From an uncultured virus (IMG/VR IMGVR_UViG_3300044700_000221) (lineage: Duplodnaviria; Heunggongvirae; Uroviricota; Caudoviricetes): a stretch of DNA of 26,089 bases. A model generated the notes under the pieces. It worked only from the letters and a program-made list of their open reading frames with translations. It did not search any database and was not told the origin of the DNA. The stretch is taken from IMG/VR virus record IMGVR_UViG_3300044700_000221. The stretch is one strand, 5' to 3'. This document shows positions 1 to 8,565 of this stretch, in pieces. The position numbers and the translations under genes are program-made. Each line of letters opens with the position of its first letter. Position 1 is the first letter of the stretch.

Positions 1-333
1 ACGTCGTTGCCCCCAACGTCGGCACCATTAAGGTTTCCACCAGCAGTTCCCGCTAACCCCTATCCAACAACAAGTCAAAAGGTATTAGACGAACGCCGCG
101 CTCCACAAGATGAGCTCACCATGGGCGAAGCTATTCGTTTATGGAAGGGTGGAGAAGCTGCTCGCAAACAAGGGGACATGACATGCCCTGAGTGCGGAAG
201 TGCCCACGTGTTTTCTAGAACTTCCAAGGGTGGTAACAGCACAATTAATGGTAAACCTCCTGCCCCCAGATGCTTTGAATGTGGGTGGAATGGCATGTAT
301 GATCAAGGCCTGCAGTCTTCCTGGGCTGTTTAA
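1..333 (+). CDS. Zinc-ribbon hypothetical protein (probably 5'-truncated by window edge)
   Basis: Frame is open from base 1; CPECG and CFECG pairs; stop TAA at 331-333 directly before the RBS of recA. Confidence 0.7.
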   Translation, partial: TSLPPTSAPLRFPPAVPANPYPTTSQKVLDERRAPQDELTMGEAIRLWKGGEAARKQGDMTCPECGSAHVFSRTSKGGNSTINGKPPAPRCFECGWNGMYDQGLQSSWAV

Positions 334-346
334 TTAGGAGCACAAA

Positions 347-1363
347 TTGAAAAACGAAAACCATGAGACGCTTGCGTCTATCATTGCGTCAATCAACAAG
401 AAGTACGGCGAAGACATTGTCGTTCAAGGTAACAGGGTAAAAGAAGAACTACCACGCATTACAACTGGAATTCTTGCTTATGACCTCATGCTTGGTGGTG
501 GCTGGCCAATGAACCAATGGTCTGAGATTATTGGTGATGAGTCGTCAGGCAAAACAGCTATTGCGTATAAGACCATCGCGGCTAACCAAGCATTAGATCC
601 TGATTGGATTGCTATGTGGGTTGCTGCCGAAGAGTTTGTACCAGAGTATGCAGCAGCACTAGGTGTTGACTTAGAGCGCCTGTGGGTTGTTGAAACCAAC
701 ATTATGGAACACGCTTACGACTTAATTATTAAAACTATGGAGAATCGTGCAGTTGACTGTATTGTTCTTGACTCCATGCCAGCCCTTGTACCTGGTGACG
801 AAGACGAAAAAACTATGTCTGAGTTTCAAATGGGTCTTGGTGCACGACTTACTGGCAAATTCTTCCGTAAATCATCAAAGGCTCAAAAGCGTTCAATGAT
901 CCATGAAGATCGTGGGTGTACTGGCTTAGTTATTAACCAGTGGCGTGAAAAGATTGGCGTCATGTACGGTGACCCTCGCACTACTCCAGGTGGTAAAGCA
1001 AAGAACTTCCACTATTTTGTTCGCATTGAATTAAAGCGTGATGAGTGGATTAAAGAAAAAGATGAGCCAGTTGGTCAAACGATTCGTGGTCGCACACTCA
1101 AAAACAAAACTTACCGCCCTCAGCAAGTTGCAGTAGTTGACTTCTACTTTGCACCTTCAGGCATCTTTAAGCTTGGGGAGTTTGACACCATAAAAGATAT
1201 CGTCAACATCTGCATTGCTACCGAAATTGTGACGCGAACTGGTGCGTACTACAACTACAATGGCCAAAAGTGGCAGGGTAAAGAAGCTTTACTGCAAGGG
1301 GTTAGAGAGGACCTTGGGCTTCAAGCAGACCTTAAGCAGAAAGCCAAAGAAAAGTTTGTATGA
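347..1363 (+). CDS. recA: RecA/UvsX-like DNA recombinase
   Basis: TGILAYDLMLGGG, Walker A GDESSGKT, Walker B CIVLDS, INQWREKIGVMYGDPRTTPGGKA, KNK motif; AGGAG RBS before TTG start. Confidence 0.96.
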   Translation: MKNENHETLASIIASINKKYGEDIVVQGNRVKEELPRITTGILAYDLMLGGGWPMNQWSEIIGDESSGKTAIAYKTIAANQALDPDWIAMWVAAEEFVPEYAAALGVDLERLWVVETNIMEHAYDLIIKTMENRAVDCIVLDSMPALVPGDEDEKTMSEFQMGLGARLTGKFFRKSSKAQKRSMIHEDRGCTGLVINQWREKIGVMYGDPRTTPGGKAKNFHYFVRIELKRDEWIKEKDEPVGQTIRGRTLKNKTYRPQQVAVVDFYFAPSGIFKLGEFDTIKDIVNICIATEIVTRTGAYYNYNGQKWQGKEALLQGVREDLGLQADLKQKAKEKFV

Positions 1364-1698
1364 TTCTTGGGCGTGAAAATCCAAAAGATAAACAACGCCA
1401 AATAATGAAAGCCTCAAAAAAGCAGGAACTACGTTCTGCTAAGGCTTACAATGGCAGCCGTAATGCCGGGTCAGGCTCCGGGTGGTTACGCAAGAATGAT
1501 GTGCGTACCCACGACATGCTCATAGAAAATAAGTTGACCTACAATGAGAAGTCTTATTCAATTAAGGCCAAAGAACTACAGGAGTTAACACAACGTGCTG
1601 TACTTGAAGATAGGCTCCCTGTGTTGCAGTTCGATCTTGGCGGGCGTAATTACGTCATTCTTAATGAAGCAGACTTCCAAATGATTATCGGAGAATAA
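1360..1698 (+). CDS. PD-(D/E)xK nuclease, putative Holliday-junction resolvase
   Basis: E...SGSG...KNDV...IENK motif arrangement; ATGA overlap with recA stop. Confidence 0.7.
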   Translation: MILGRENPKDKQRQIMKASKKQELRSAKAYNGSRNAGSGSGWLRKNDVRTHDMLIENKLTYNEKSYSIKAKELQELTQRAVLEDRLPVLQFDLGGRNYVILNEADFQMIIGE

Positions 1699-2567
1699 TG
1701 ACTGACACCCCGTGGAACTTACAAGACTACAAAAAAGCCATGAGGTCTCGTGGTCGTCTAATCCCTCTTGTTGAAAACGTGGCACGCCAAGAAGCTGCTG
1801 CAAAAAATAGCAAGCGAGATACTGAGCATCTTCACCCCAGTGAACTTTCTAAAAAAGAGTGGTGTGGAAGAGCAGCTGTTTACAAAATTACAAACGTCGA
1901 AGGCGCTGCTGAATCAAATGCATTTGGTAGACTCAATGTGTTTGCTGAAGGCAACGCCATTCATACAAAATGGCAAACTTGGTTATGGGAAGCTGGGGTG
2001 TTATCAGGTGACTGGGCGTGTGAAAACTGTTTTAATCGTTGGAGCGAACTTGCTCCTAATTCCTGTCCTAGCTGCAGCAGTTCTCGTATTGGGTACCGCG
2101 AGGTACCTATACATAACGATGAACACCGAATCATCGGGCACGCGGATGGAACGATTATTGATCAAGAAGGCACGGCCCTCATTGAGATTAAAAGTGTAGG
2201 TGTAGGTACCGTACGCTTTGAAAAGCCGGCGCTGTTCATGGATTACAGCAAGGGTGTTATCTCCTTAGATGAGATGTGGAAAGCAATTAAAACCCCGTTT
2301 GCTTCTCACATCCGACAAGGTAATTTGTACATGTACTGCACGGGTATTCATACCATTGTATTTATATACGAATGGAAACCCACTCAAGAAGTAAAAGAAT
2401 TTGTTCTTAAGTACAACGAAGAAGTTGTAGAACCCATACTTAAAAACTGCAAAGAAGTAATATCACATTTAGATAATGGGACCATCCCAAGCCGCCCATC
2501 CTGGGCAGAGTCTGCATCGTCTAATGGTTGTAAATACTGTTCGTACAAGAAAGTGTGTTGGGCATGA
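1698..2567 (+). CDS. Cas4-like/RecB-family PD-(D/E)xK exonuclease with putative Fe-S cysteines and an inserted zinc ribbon
   Basis: HPSEL..C, GNAIH, GHADG..IEIKS, QGNLY, C-terminal CKYC..C; internal CENC...CPSC. Confidence 0.85.
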   Translation: MTDTPWNLQDYKKAMRSRGRLIPLVENVARQEAAAKNSKRDTEHLHPSELSKKEWCGRAAVYKITNVEGAAESNAFGRLNVFAEGNAIHTKWQTWLWEAGVLSGDWACENCFNRWSELAPNSCPSCSSSRIGYREVPIHNDEHRIIGHADGTIIDQEGTALIEIKSVGVGTVRFEKPALFMDYSKGVISLDEMWKAIKTPFASHIRQGNLYMYCTGIHTIVFIYEWKPTQEVKEFVLKYNEEVVEPILKNCKEVISHLDNGTIPSRPSWAESASSNGCKYCSYKKVCWA

Positions 2568-3061
2568 GAGTCATTTCAAAAGACCAGATAGAAGACCCCG
2601 CCGTAGCCAAATTTAATAGCAAGTTCTCTTTACCTTCCCGCCCTTCAGACTCTCCTCCAACTTTGCCAGATAACCTAGACGACTTGCACGACAGCGATCT
2701 TATGGATGTGTACACCCAGTTCATGTCATGGGTGTCCTTTGCTAAAGGTCAGTTAGTAAAAGCAGAGATTGATGAGGACCGCGAAGCAAACAAGTGTCGC
2801 GTAACAGAAGCACGTGTTCTTATTGAGCAATGGGGTGCTGATGCTAAGGGCGATAGAGTTACAATCGCAAAGGCAAGACGTGATGTTGACGACAGAGTAA
2901 TCAATCAACAAGATGTTTATCAAACTTCTCGTGCATATCGTAAACTTGTTGAAGCTTTATTTGAATCTTGTGAGCGTGGTGCACAATTGCTTTCACGAGA
3001 ACTAAGTCGTAGAATTGGTTTAAACGGTAAAGAACAACGTACATCACGATTTGGAGCATGA
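2564..3061 (+). CDS. Coiled-coil protein, possibly UvsY-like recombination mediator
   Basis: ATGA overlap at 2564; long helical pattern (DDRVINQQ...LVEALFESCERGAQLLSRELSRR); lies inside the recA module. Function is inferred. Confidence 0.5.
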   Translation: MRVISKDQIEDPAVAKFNSKFSLPSRPSDSPPTLPDNLDDLHDSDLMDVYTQFMSWVSFAKGQLVKAEIDEDREANKCRVTEARVLIEQWGADAKGDRVTIAKARRDVDDRVINQQDVYQTSRAYRKLVEALFESCERGAQLLSRELSRRIGLNGKEQRTSRFGA

Positions 3062-3233
3062 CATGTCAACATGGCAAGAAGAAGGCGCTAGAGCAGCTAG
3101 GGAAATGAACGAGCGCATGCGCCAAGAAAACAACGCTAGGGCCTCAGTTGGCCCAATTAACGAAGTAAATCAGACTCTTAAAGAGATCAAAGCTTTATTG
3201 ATTGAGATTAGAGAAGTCATTAAGCATGGCTAA
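3051..3233 (+). CDS. Small hypothetical protein (start may be ATG 3063)
   Basis: Fills the gap between flanking genes; amphipathic C-terminal helix. Confidence 0.6.
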   Translation: MEHDMSTWQEEGARAAREMNERMRQENNARASVGPINEVNQTLKEIKALLIEIREVIKHG

Positions 3234-3588
3234 CCGAGCTAAGCAGAAGGGTACCTCGTTTGAAACCCTCATAAGGCAATACCTAAACGATAACGGATTT
3301 CCGGTAGCCCACCGTACTGTGCTTAAAGGCGGTGGGGATACCGGGGACATTAACGGTATTAGAAATAAAGAAAATAGGCAAGTTACTTTACAATGTAAAA
3401 ACCAAAAGGCTTTTGCACTCAGCCAATGGCTTAACGACACTGTTGACCAAGCTGCAAATTTAGGTGGAGCTGTTCCAGCATTAGTTGTTAAACGCCCAGG
3501 TAAAGGTGAAAAAGCTTTGGGTGATTCCTACGCTGTGATGCGGTTATCTGACTTGGTTGAACTCCTACAAGAGGCTGGGTACTTCTAA
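3226..3588 (+). CDS. Hjc-like (archaeal-type) Holliday-junction resolvase
   Basis: MANRAKQKGTSFE...GDTGDI...LQCKNQK...LVVKR pattern typical of phage Hjc-type resolvases. Confidence 0.82.
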   Translation: MANRAKQKGTSFETLIRQYLNDNGFPVAHRTVLKGGGDTGDINGIRNKENRQVTLQCKNQKAFALSQWLNDTVDQAANLGGAVPALVVKRPGKGEKALGDSYAVMRLSDLVELLQEAGYF

Positions 3589-3628
3589 GATTAAGTGTTC
3601 ATACCGAGCACTAATAATGGAGTACATC

Positions 3629-3913
3629 ATGTCGCAGGAATCACAAGTAGATGACATTATAAAAGTATCAGGAACTAGCAACCCCCAGAGTGTTGGCTCA
3701 ATCATTGCCCGCTCTGTAGTAGCGGGGCAGTCCCCTAAGATCCGAGCAATTGGAGCAAGCGCAGTTAACCAAGCATCCAAAGCTTGCGCTATTGCCCGAG
3801 GCTTTGTTGCACCTCGTGGAATTGACCTTTCATTTGTTATTGGTTTTGATGACATTAAGGGAGAAAACGGTGAAGTCATCTCGGCTATCACCTTTAAACC
3901 TGTCACTCGGTAA
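3629..3913 (+). CDS. spoVS: Stage V sporulation protein S homolog (Alba-like fold)
   Basis: IKVSGTSNPQSVGSIIA...RAIGASAVNQASKACAIARGFVAPRGIDL matches the SpoVS signature; GGAG RBS at 3619-3622. Confidence 0.92.
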   Translation: MSQESQVDDIIKVSGTSNPQSVGSIIARSVVAGQSPKIRAIGASAVNQASKACAIARGFVAPRGIDLSFVIGFDDIKGENGEVISAITFKPVTR

Positions 3914-3914
3914 G

Positions 3915-3923
3915 TGGTAATAT
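3915..3923 (+). promoter_or_regulatory. Putative extended -10 promoter TGGTAATAT
   Basis: TGn-TAATAT in the intergenic gap before the 1172-aa ORF; identical 9-mer at 14417-14425, also intergenic. Confidence 0.5.
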
Positions 3924-3957
3924 CTAATAAAGCATTTACTTTTGTGAGGTACTTCTA

Positions 3958-6900
3958 ATGGCCAAAAAGAATGATTCTGGTGCGTCCTCAGCTGACGACA
4001 AGGCAAACCAAGTTCGTAATGAACGCATGCTTTCTCAAATTGAAAGCATAAAACAATCATTAGCAAACTCACCTGGTAATGCTAGACCAACTACTAAACC
4101 CACAAAACGACGTGGCAGGGGTATTTCTGAAATTGATTTCTTGACTGGCAACGATTCAACTGATGATGCAGCAGGAAAACCAAAGAAAAAAGGCAGCTCT
4201 CGCAGTGAGTCAAAAGCTAATGCAGCATCATCAAGGCAACGTAACGCTGCCCTGCAAGACATTATTTATGACTACGACCTTAGTGACCACCCGGAGAGGG
4301 ACGCGATTGCTCAGTCTATCTACAATGAGGAACGGGGACGCGCACGCGACGAAGATGGTTCTGAAGAAGCACAGGTAGCACGCGAAATTGGAGACAATGC
4401 AGGCTTAGAAGATCCACAAGGGTTACCTGGCAGGTACGACGAATCTATTGGGGACACTGCAGCAGAAGATCTTGAATCTGGTCAACGCATAGCTGGGCTT
4501 ATTGATTCTGCAATGGGTACTCGCGTTCGCAGAGGTGAGGTAAACCTTGAAGGTGGTAGTAGTTCATCGAAAGATGAACCGGCACGCCGCCGACCAAGTC
4601 GTAATACTGAACTTGCATTAGGAATGGGTCGCCCCCGCGGCCCAATGGAAGCTGATCCTAATGACTATTGGACCGGTAGAGAAGCCCCTACATCTGCTGA
4701 GCATGCACAGTCTTTACTAGAAGAATCTATGCGAAACCAAGCTTTATGGCGTGACCCTAAAAGTGATCCAAGGGACCTTGTAAACTTTGGGTCTGCTGAC
4801 CCCGACCTTCCTAGGTCATCTGTTGCTGAAGGTACAGAGTCGGTTGGTAAGGTTAACAAGCCCATTCGCGAAGAAAACGACATGCGCTTGTATGTTGCTC
4901 GTCTTGAAGACGCTATTAAAACTGGCAAGTTTGGTCCCACTACCGGTAGTACTCGTGGGACTGTACCAATTGCTGGAGTTGGCGCTGTTCCAATTCAACG
5001 CCTTTCAAAAGAAGAAGGCGGGCTTGACGAAGAAACAAAAGACTTATTGCTATCTAATCAATCTGGCGCAATCTTACGTAGGGGCGAAGACGCTGGTGTA
5101 AGTAGGGCTGTTAAGGGTACATTTGATATTCCCGCACAAGTCCGAGTGCAAGTACCCGCGGTTGCGGATACTCAAGCTAGAGATAAAGATGGAAATCTGT
5201 TAACAAACGAAGACGGAACTCCAAAGATGCAAGGTGCCCAAACCGCGCGCACCATCAGGACGACCCGAGATGTTGCTGACCGTATCCTTGCTCGCACCGA
5301 GGGAGCCACAGAGCTTGATCCTGAGCACAGAATGGTGCAAGGAGCCAATGGTGAAGTAAGTAGCAGGGACCAAGCACTCGCACTTAAAGTAAACGAAGAA
5401 ACTGGGGAACAGGAACTAGCAAACCCTCTTCAAAATGTTTTGCCAACCATTACAGACGCTAATGGTGTAACACGCCCTAACCCCGCTTACCCTGTTAGAA
5501 GTGAACAGGGTGTTCCTATTCAAAAAACTGAACAAGAAGAAAATGACTATCGCATGCAGTTGGGTGACCAACTTGTTAGTAAGTCATCTGGTAAACAACG
5601 TCCTCTTTCACTGGCATATATTAAAGGTGAAGGACGTAGGCGTTACCGCAAACGTCAAGTACGTGCTGATTACAAAGGTCCTGTTCAACAAGAAACCGTT
5701 GCAGGTATCGGTCCTGTGTACGGCTCTATTCGGGCAAACTTAGCTGGTGGTCAGTTTGACCAAGGTACAGGTCAGACTACTGACCCAAATACCGGTAGAA
5801 GGATTAACGTTGGGGAAGGCACCGAAGCTGGTGACGTCACTGAAACAATGATTCAAATTGGCGGGTCAGAAGATGTAACTAGATCTCAAATTGAACGTAC
5901 ATCTCAAAGCAGCGATCTACGTCCAGAGACTCCATCAGGAGATTTAGAGCGAGCAAGGCGCGGACGCCTACAATCATTGAACACTGGAAAGAACGTACCA
6001 GTTCTTATTGCTTACGACAGAAATGGTAATCCTCTTCTTAATAAGAGGGTTGACACAGTTGTTGGTGCTACTAGTAGCGTTCAAAGCGAACGTGGTTCAA
6101 AAGAACGTAGGAGAGTCTCTATAGAAGATACTGCCAACATGTTTGGTGGGCCCGCTCTGACAGACACTGTTCCCGTAATGGTTCCAGGAAAAGATGCCGA
6201 AGGTAACTCAACCGATGTTCCTTTAGAAAACAGGGACTATCCGGCATGGAGCGCAAGGCGTGTTGTCACCACAGAACGCACACGGCAGCCTTACGACGTC
6301 CTTAAAAGGGTATTAAACCCAGTAACAAAGAAACGAGAAGCGTATCGTGTCTCTGACAGGAACGCTGAAATAGCTGGTCAAACTCGATCCGCAGCAAGAG
6401 GGCGGATTCTCCGCCTTAACCAGATGATGAATCGTGGTGTAACCAACCAGCCCGCACCTGGTGCTGACCCAACTGTCCGATCAAGTGATGGCACTGGTTC
6501 AGAGTTCCTAAGGGACAACACAATGAATCCAATCTACGACCCTGAGTTTGCCGCAAGGGTTGGTACTCCAGAAGAGGTAAGGACAAGAGCTGCAGCTGAA
6601 CAAGCAGCGGCTGCAGTTCCACCAAAACCCCCCACTAAAAAAGAAATAGCTGCAAAAGAAAAAGCAAAGGTTGCCTCAGAACAATCGTATCAAGCAGGAA
6701 AAGTCGCTCGTAACGCAGCTAAACCTGGGCTTATTCAAGCAGCTTCGGAAGCTGACGTTGAGTTTGAACTAAATGGTAAACGATTCAATAGTGCTGGCGC
6801 ATTGGTGGGAGACGCAAACCCGCTTGGTGTTAGTGCCCCAGAAAGTCTAGATAGGGGTGCTCCACGAATGTCCCCTATGCGCCCAGTACGTGATAGTGTG

Positions 6901-7476
6901 CTGCCTGGTATTGACACTATGGCTATGCCAGCTGCGGGAACCCGCACTGTTACTCCACGTAGTGGCAAGAACAAAGGTATACCAAAAGAAGTTCCTGACG
7001 TAACACAGGGTAAGACAAAGGGCTTCCAGGACCGTTACAGGGAAGCCTACAGGCAGTCACCACGAGGAAAGTTTATGAAAGAGAAAACTAGCTGGGATCA
7101 ACGTATGGAGGAAGAGAGTTCTGACCTTGACACCATCCTTGCTGGTGGTGTTCCTAATAAAGTAATGGCTCCTGCCCCATCTAATTGGCGTGACTTACCA
7201 GCTGATAGTCCTGCATTGGCAAACGTTGGTCGTGAGAAAATGTTTGTTCCAAAGAAAGTAGCCGCAATTGGTGGACCCATCCGTGAATCAAAACTTGTGT
7301 ATAAATCTGGTAATGAAGCTGGCACTCTTGTGCCAGAAAAAGAAGCTTCAGCAGCACTAAGTTCAACAGAACGAAACGACAAAGATTTTGGAATTGGTGG
7401 GTCACGTAGTAGCTATCGTTTTGAAAAGTACCCAGAACTATTGGCTAGAAAACTAGGACCACAGTTTGGTGGATGA
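3958..7476 (+). CDS. Very large low-complexity hypothetical protein (1172 aa)
   Basis: Uninterrupted ORF with GAGG RBS; rich in R/G/E/D/P/A; no Cys and no recognisable domain seen. Confidence 0.85.
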   Translation: MAKKNDSGASSADDKANQVRNERMLSQIESIKQSLANSPGNARPTTKPTKRRGRGISEIDFLTGNDSTDDAAGKPKKKGSSRSESKANAASSRQRNAALQDIIYDYDLSDHPERDAIAQSIYNEERGRARDEDGSEEAQVAREIGDNAGLEDPQGLPGRYDESIGDTAAEDLESGQRIAGLIDSAMGTRVRRGEVNLEGGSSSSKDEPARRRPSRNTELALGMGRPRGPMEADPNDYWTGREAPTSAEHAQSLLEESMRNQALWRDPKSDPRDLVNFGSADPDLPRSSVAEGTESVGKVNKPIREENDMRLYVARLEDAIKTGKFGPTTGSTRGTVPIAGVGAVPIQRLSKEEGGLDEETKDLLLSNQSGAILRRGEDAGVSRAVKGTFDIPAQVRVQVPAVADTQARDKDGNLLTNEDGTPKMQGAQTARTIRTTRDVADRILARTEGATELDPEHRMVQGANGEVSSRDQALALKVNEETGEQELANPLQNVLPTITDANGVTRPNPAYPVRSEQGVPIQKTEQEENDYRMQLGDQLVSKSSGKQRPLSLAYIKGEGRRRYRKRQVRADYKGPVQQETVAGIGPVYGSIRANLAGGQFDQGTGQTTDPNTGRRINVGEGTEAGDVTETMIQIGGSEDVTRSQIERTSQSSDLRPETPSGDLERARRGRLQSLNTGKNVPVLIAYDRNGNPLLNKRVDTVVGATSSVQSERGSKERRRVSIEDTANMFGGPALTDTVPVMVPGKDAEGNSTDVPLENRDYPAWSARRVVTTERTRQPYDVLKRVLNPVTKKREAYRVSDRNAEIAGQTRSAARGRILRLNQMMNRGVTNQPAPGADPTVRSSDGTGSEFLRDNTMNPIYDPEFAARVGTPEEVRTRAAAEQAAAAVPPKPPTKKEIAAKEKAKVASEQSYQAGKVARNAAKPGLIQAASEADVEFELNGKRFNSAGALVGDANPLGVSAPESLDRGAPRMSPMRPVRDSVLPGIDTMAMPAAGTRTVTPRSGKNKGIPKEVPDVTQGKTKGFQDRYREAYRQSPRGKFMKEKTSWDQRMEEESSDLDTILAGGVPNKVMAPAPSNWRDLPADSPALANVGREKMFVPKKVAAIGGPIRESKLVYKSGNEAGTLVPEKEASAALSSTERNDKDFGIGGSRSSYRFEKYPELLARKLGPQFGG

Positions 7477-7485
7477 CAGGTAAAA

Positions 7486-7644
7486 ATGCCACGCAAGTTG
7501 ACACACACGGAATGGTGCAAGTTTGCAAACTCACCAGACTTTGACGAACAATTCGAAGACGTTTACGACGAAGAATCAATAAGAGAGACTAAGACTAAGC
7601 GAAAAGAAAAGGATAGGTATGCCTTCAAAGAAGAAAGCTTCTGA
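7486..7644 (+). CDS. Small charged hypothetical protein (52 aa, MPRKLTHTEWCKF...), below ORF-track cut-off
   Basis: ATG 7486 to TGA 7642-7644; AGGT upstream; fills the gap after the giant ORF. Confidence 0.55.
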   Translation: MPRKLTHTEWCKFANSPDFDEQFEDVYDEESIRETKTKRKEKDRYAFKEESF

Positions 7645-7774
7645 CTCAAAAAAGAAAGAAGAAGAAAAGAAAAAGAAGAAGGTAGCACCTCGTCCCAGGC
7701 CGGTGTCTGTTATAGGTGGAGGTTCACAAAGTGGGTTCCTGACGGGTTCAGGACCTGGTGATGGCCGTGGCTAA
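7619..7774 (+). CDS. Small Lys-rich/Gly-rich protein (51 aa, MPSKKKASDSKKKEEEKKKKKVAPRP...), below ORF-track cut-off
   Basis: ATG 7619 to TAA 7772-7774; explains the A-rich run at ~7648-7680. Confidence 0.5.
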   Translation: MPSKKKASDSKKKEEEKKKKKVAPRPRPVSVIGGGSQSGFLTGSGPGDGRG

Positions 7775-8261
7775 TCAACAAACATTTGCTAACTGGGGCA
7801 CAGGTTACGATCCCAATCCAAGTGTCGCCCCACCCCTTCTCGGACCTGCCCCCTCATTTCGCAATGGCAAAGATGCTCAACTTGCTGCGTGGGGGGCAGG
7901 CCCGGACACTCAATACCCGGATGGCTACCTGGGAACAATGTCCTCTAACCGCCGTCAGGACAAGATTACAAATGCAGTTATGCGTACTAACACGCGGCCT
8001 TATAGCCGTGGTGTACACAAAGGTGAACGCATTAACCAAGGTGATTACATTTGGCCAGACGAATTTAACCTATACACGGGACTACAACTTGAGTCAAAGG
8101 GACTCAAGTTTGCACCCCCTGGAGCGGAACCAGTACGTCTGACCAATGATGGTAAGGCTGGTCCAAGGGGCATTCCTCGCGGATTAGACAGGCCACAACA
8201 AGAGGTTATTGATATGCAACGAAGGGCAATGTTAAAAACATTAGCCCCTAGTTGGAAATGA
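7761..8261 (+). CDS. Hypothetical protein (YPDGYLGT...RGVHKGERI motif)
   Basis: Long ORF in the co-oriented block; exact start (7758/7761/7767) uncertain. Confidence 0.75.
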   Translation: MAVANQQTFANWGTGYDPNPSVAPPLLGPAPSFRNGKDAQLAAWGAGPDTQYPDGYLGTMSSNRRQDKITNAVMRTNTRPYSRGVHKGERINQGDYIWPDEFNLYTGLQLESKGLKFAPPGAEPVRLTNDGKAGPRGIPRGLDRPQQEVIDMQRRAMLKTLAPSWK

Positions 8262-8563
8262 TAAACTTAAAGCATCAAAGAAACGAGGCAACTCCTATGC
8301 AAGATTTTCCACCCCCCAACCCAGCAGACCGTGCTCCAAAGATTACGAGCACTATTCGTGGTGGAATCCCACCGGCACCTCGCCCAATTATCACGCTCAA
8401 CAAATCAACTCAGCCACCCCCCTACACTGAGCCTGATCCCGCTCCTCCAATGGGTATGGAACGCCCAACGATTACGTTGTCGGATGTTGAACGGCAGAAG
8501 CCAGAGCCCAAAGTTACCTCACTTAAAAAACCACGCCCAACTATTCAGTTACCAAAGGAGTAA
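8258..8563 (+). CDS. Pro-rich hypothetical protein
   Basis: ATGA overlap at 8258 (alternative start ATG 8297 with GAGG); repeated RPxI(T/Q)L motif three times. Confidence 0.65.
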   Translation: MINLKHQRNEATPMQDFPPPNPADRAPKITSTIRGGIPPAPRPIITLNKSTQPPPYTEPDPAPPMGMERPTITLSDVERQKPEPKVTSLKKPRPTIQLPKE

Positions 8564-8565
8564 TT

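Noticed and set aside
347..1363. Intein or intron in recA
   Set aside because: Length (338 aa) and motif spacing are normal
1698..2567. CRISPR-Cas locus suggested by the Cas4-like gene
   Set aside because: No cas1/cas2 or other cas genes and no repeat-spacer array seen; solo Cas4-like nucleases are common in phage recombination modules
4035..7405. Numerous alternative-frame and antisense ORFs inside the giant gene (and similar shadows elsewhere, e.g. 1768-2199, 3565-3906, 19372-19701)
   Set aside because: Fully nested in better-supported genes, with no RBS or motif support
3958..7476. Tape-measure protein call for the 1172-aa ORF
   Set aside because: Pro/Gly/charged composition and lack of neighbouring tail genes do not fit an Ala/Leu-rich helical tape measure
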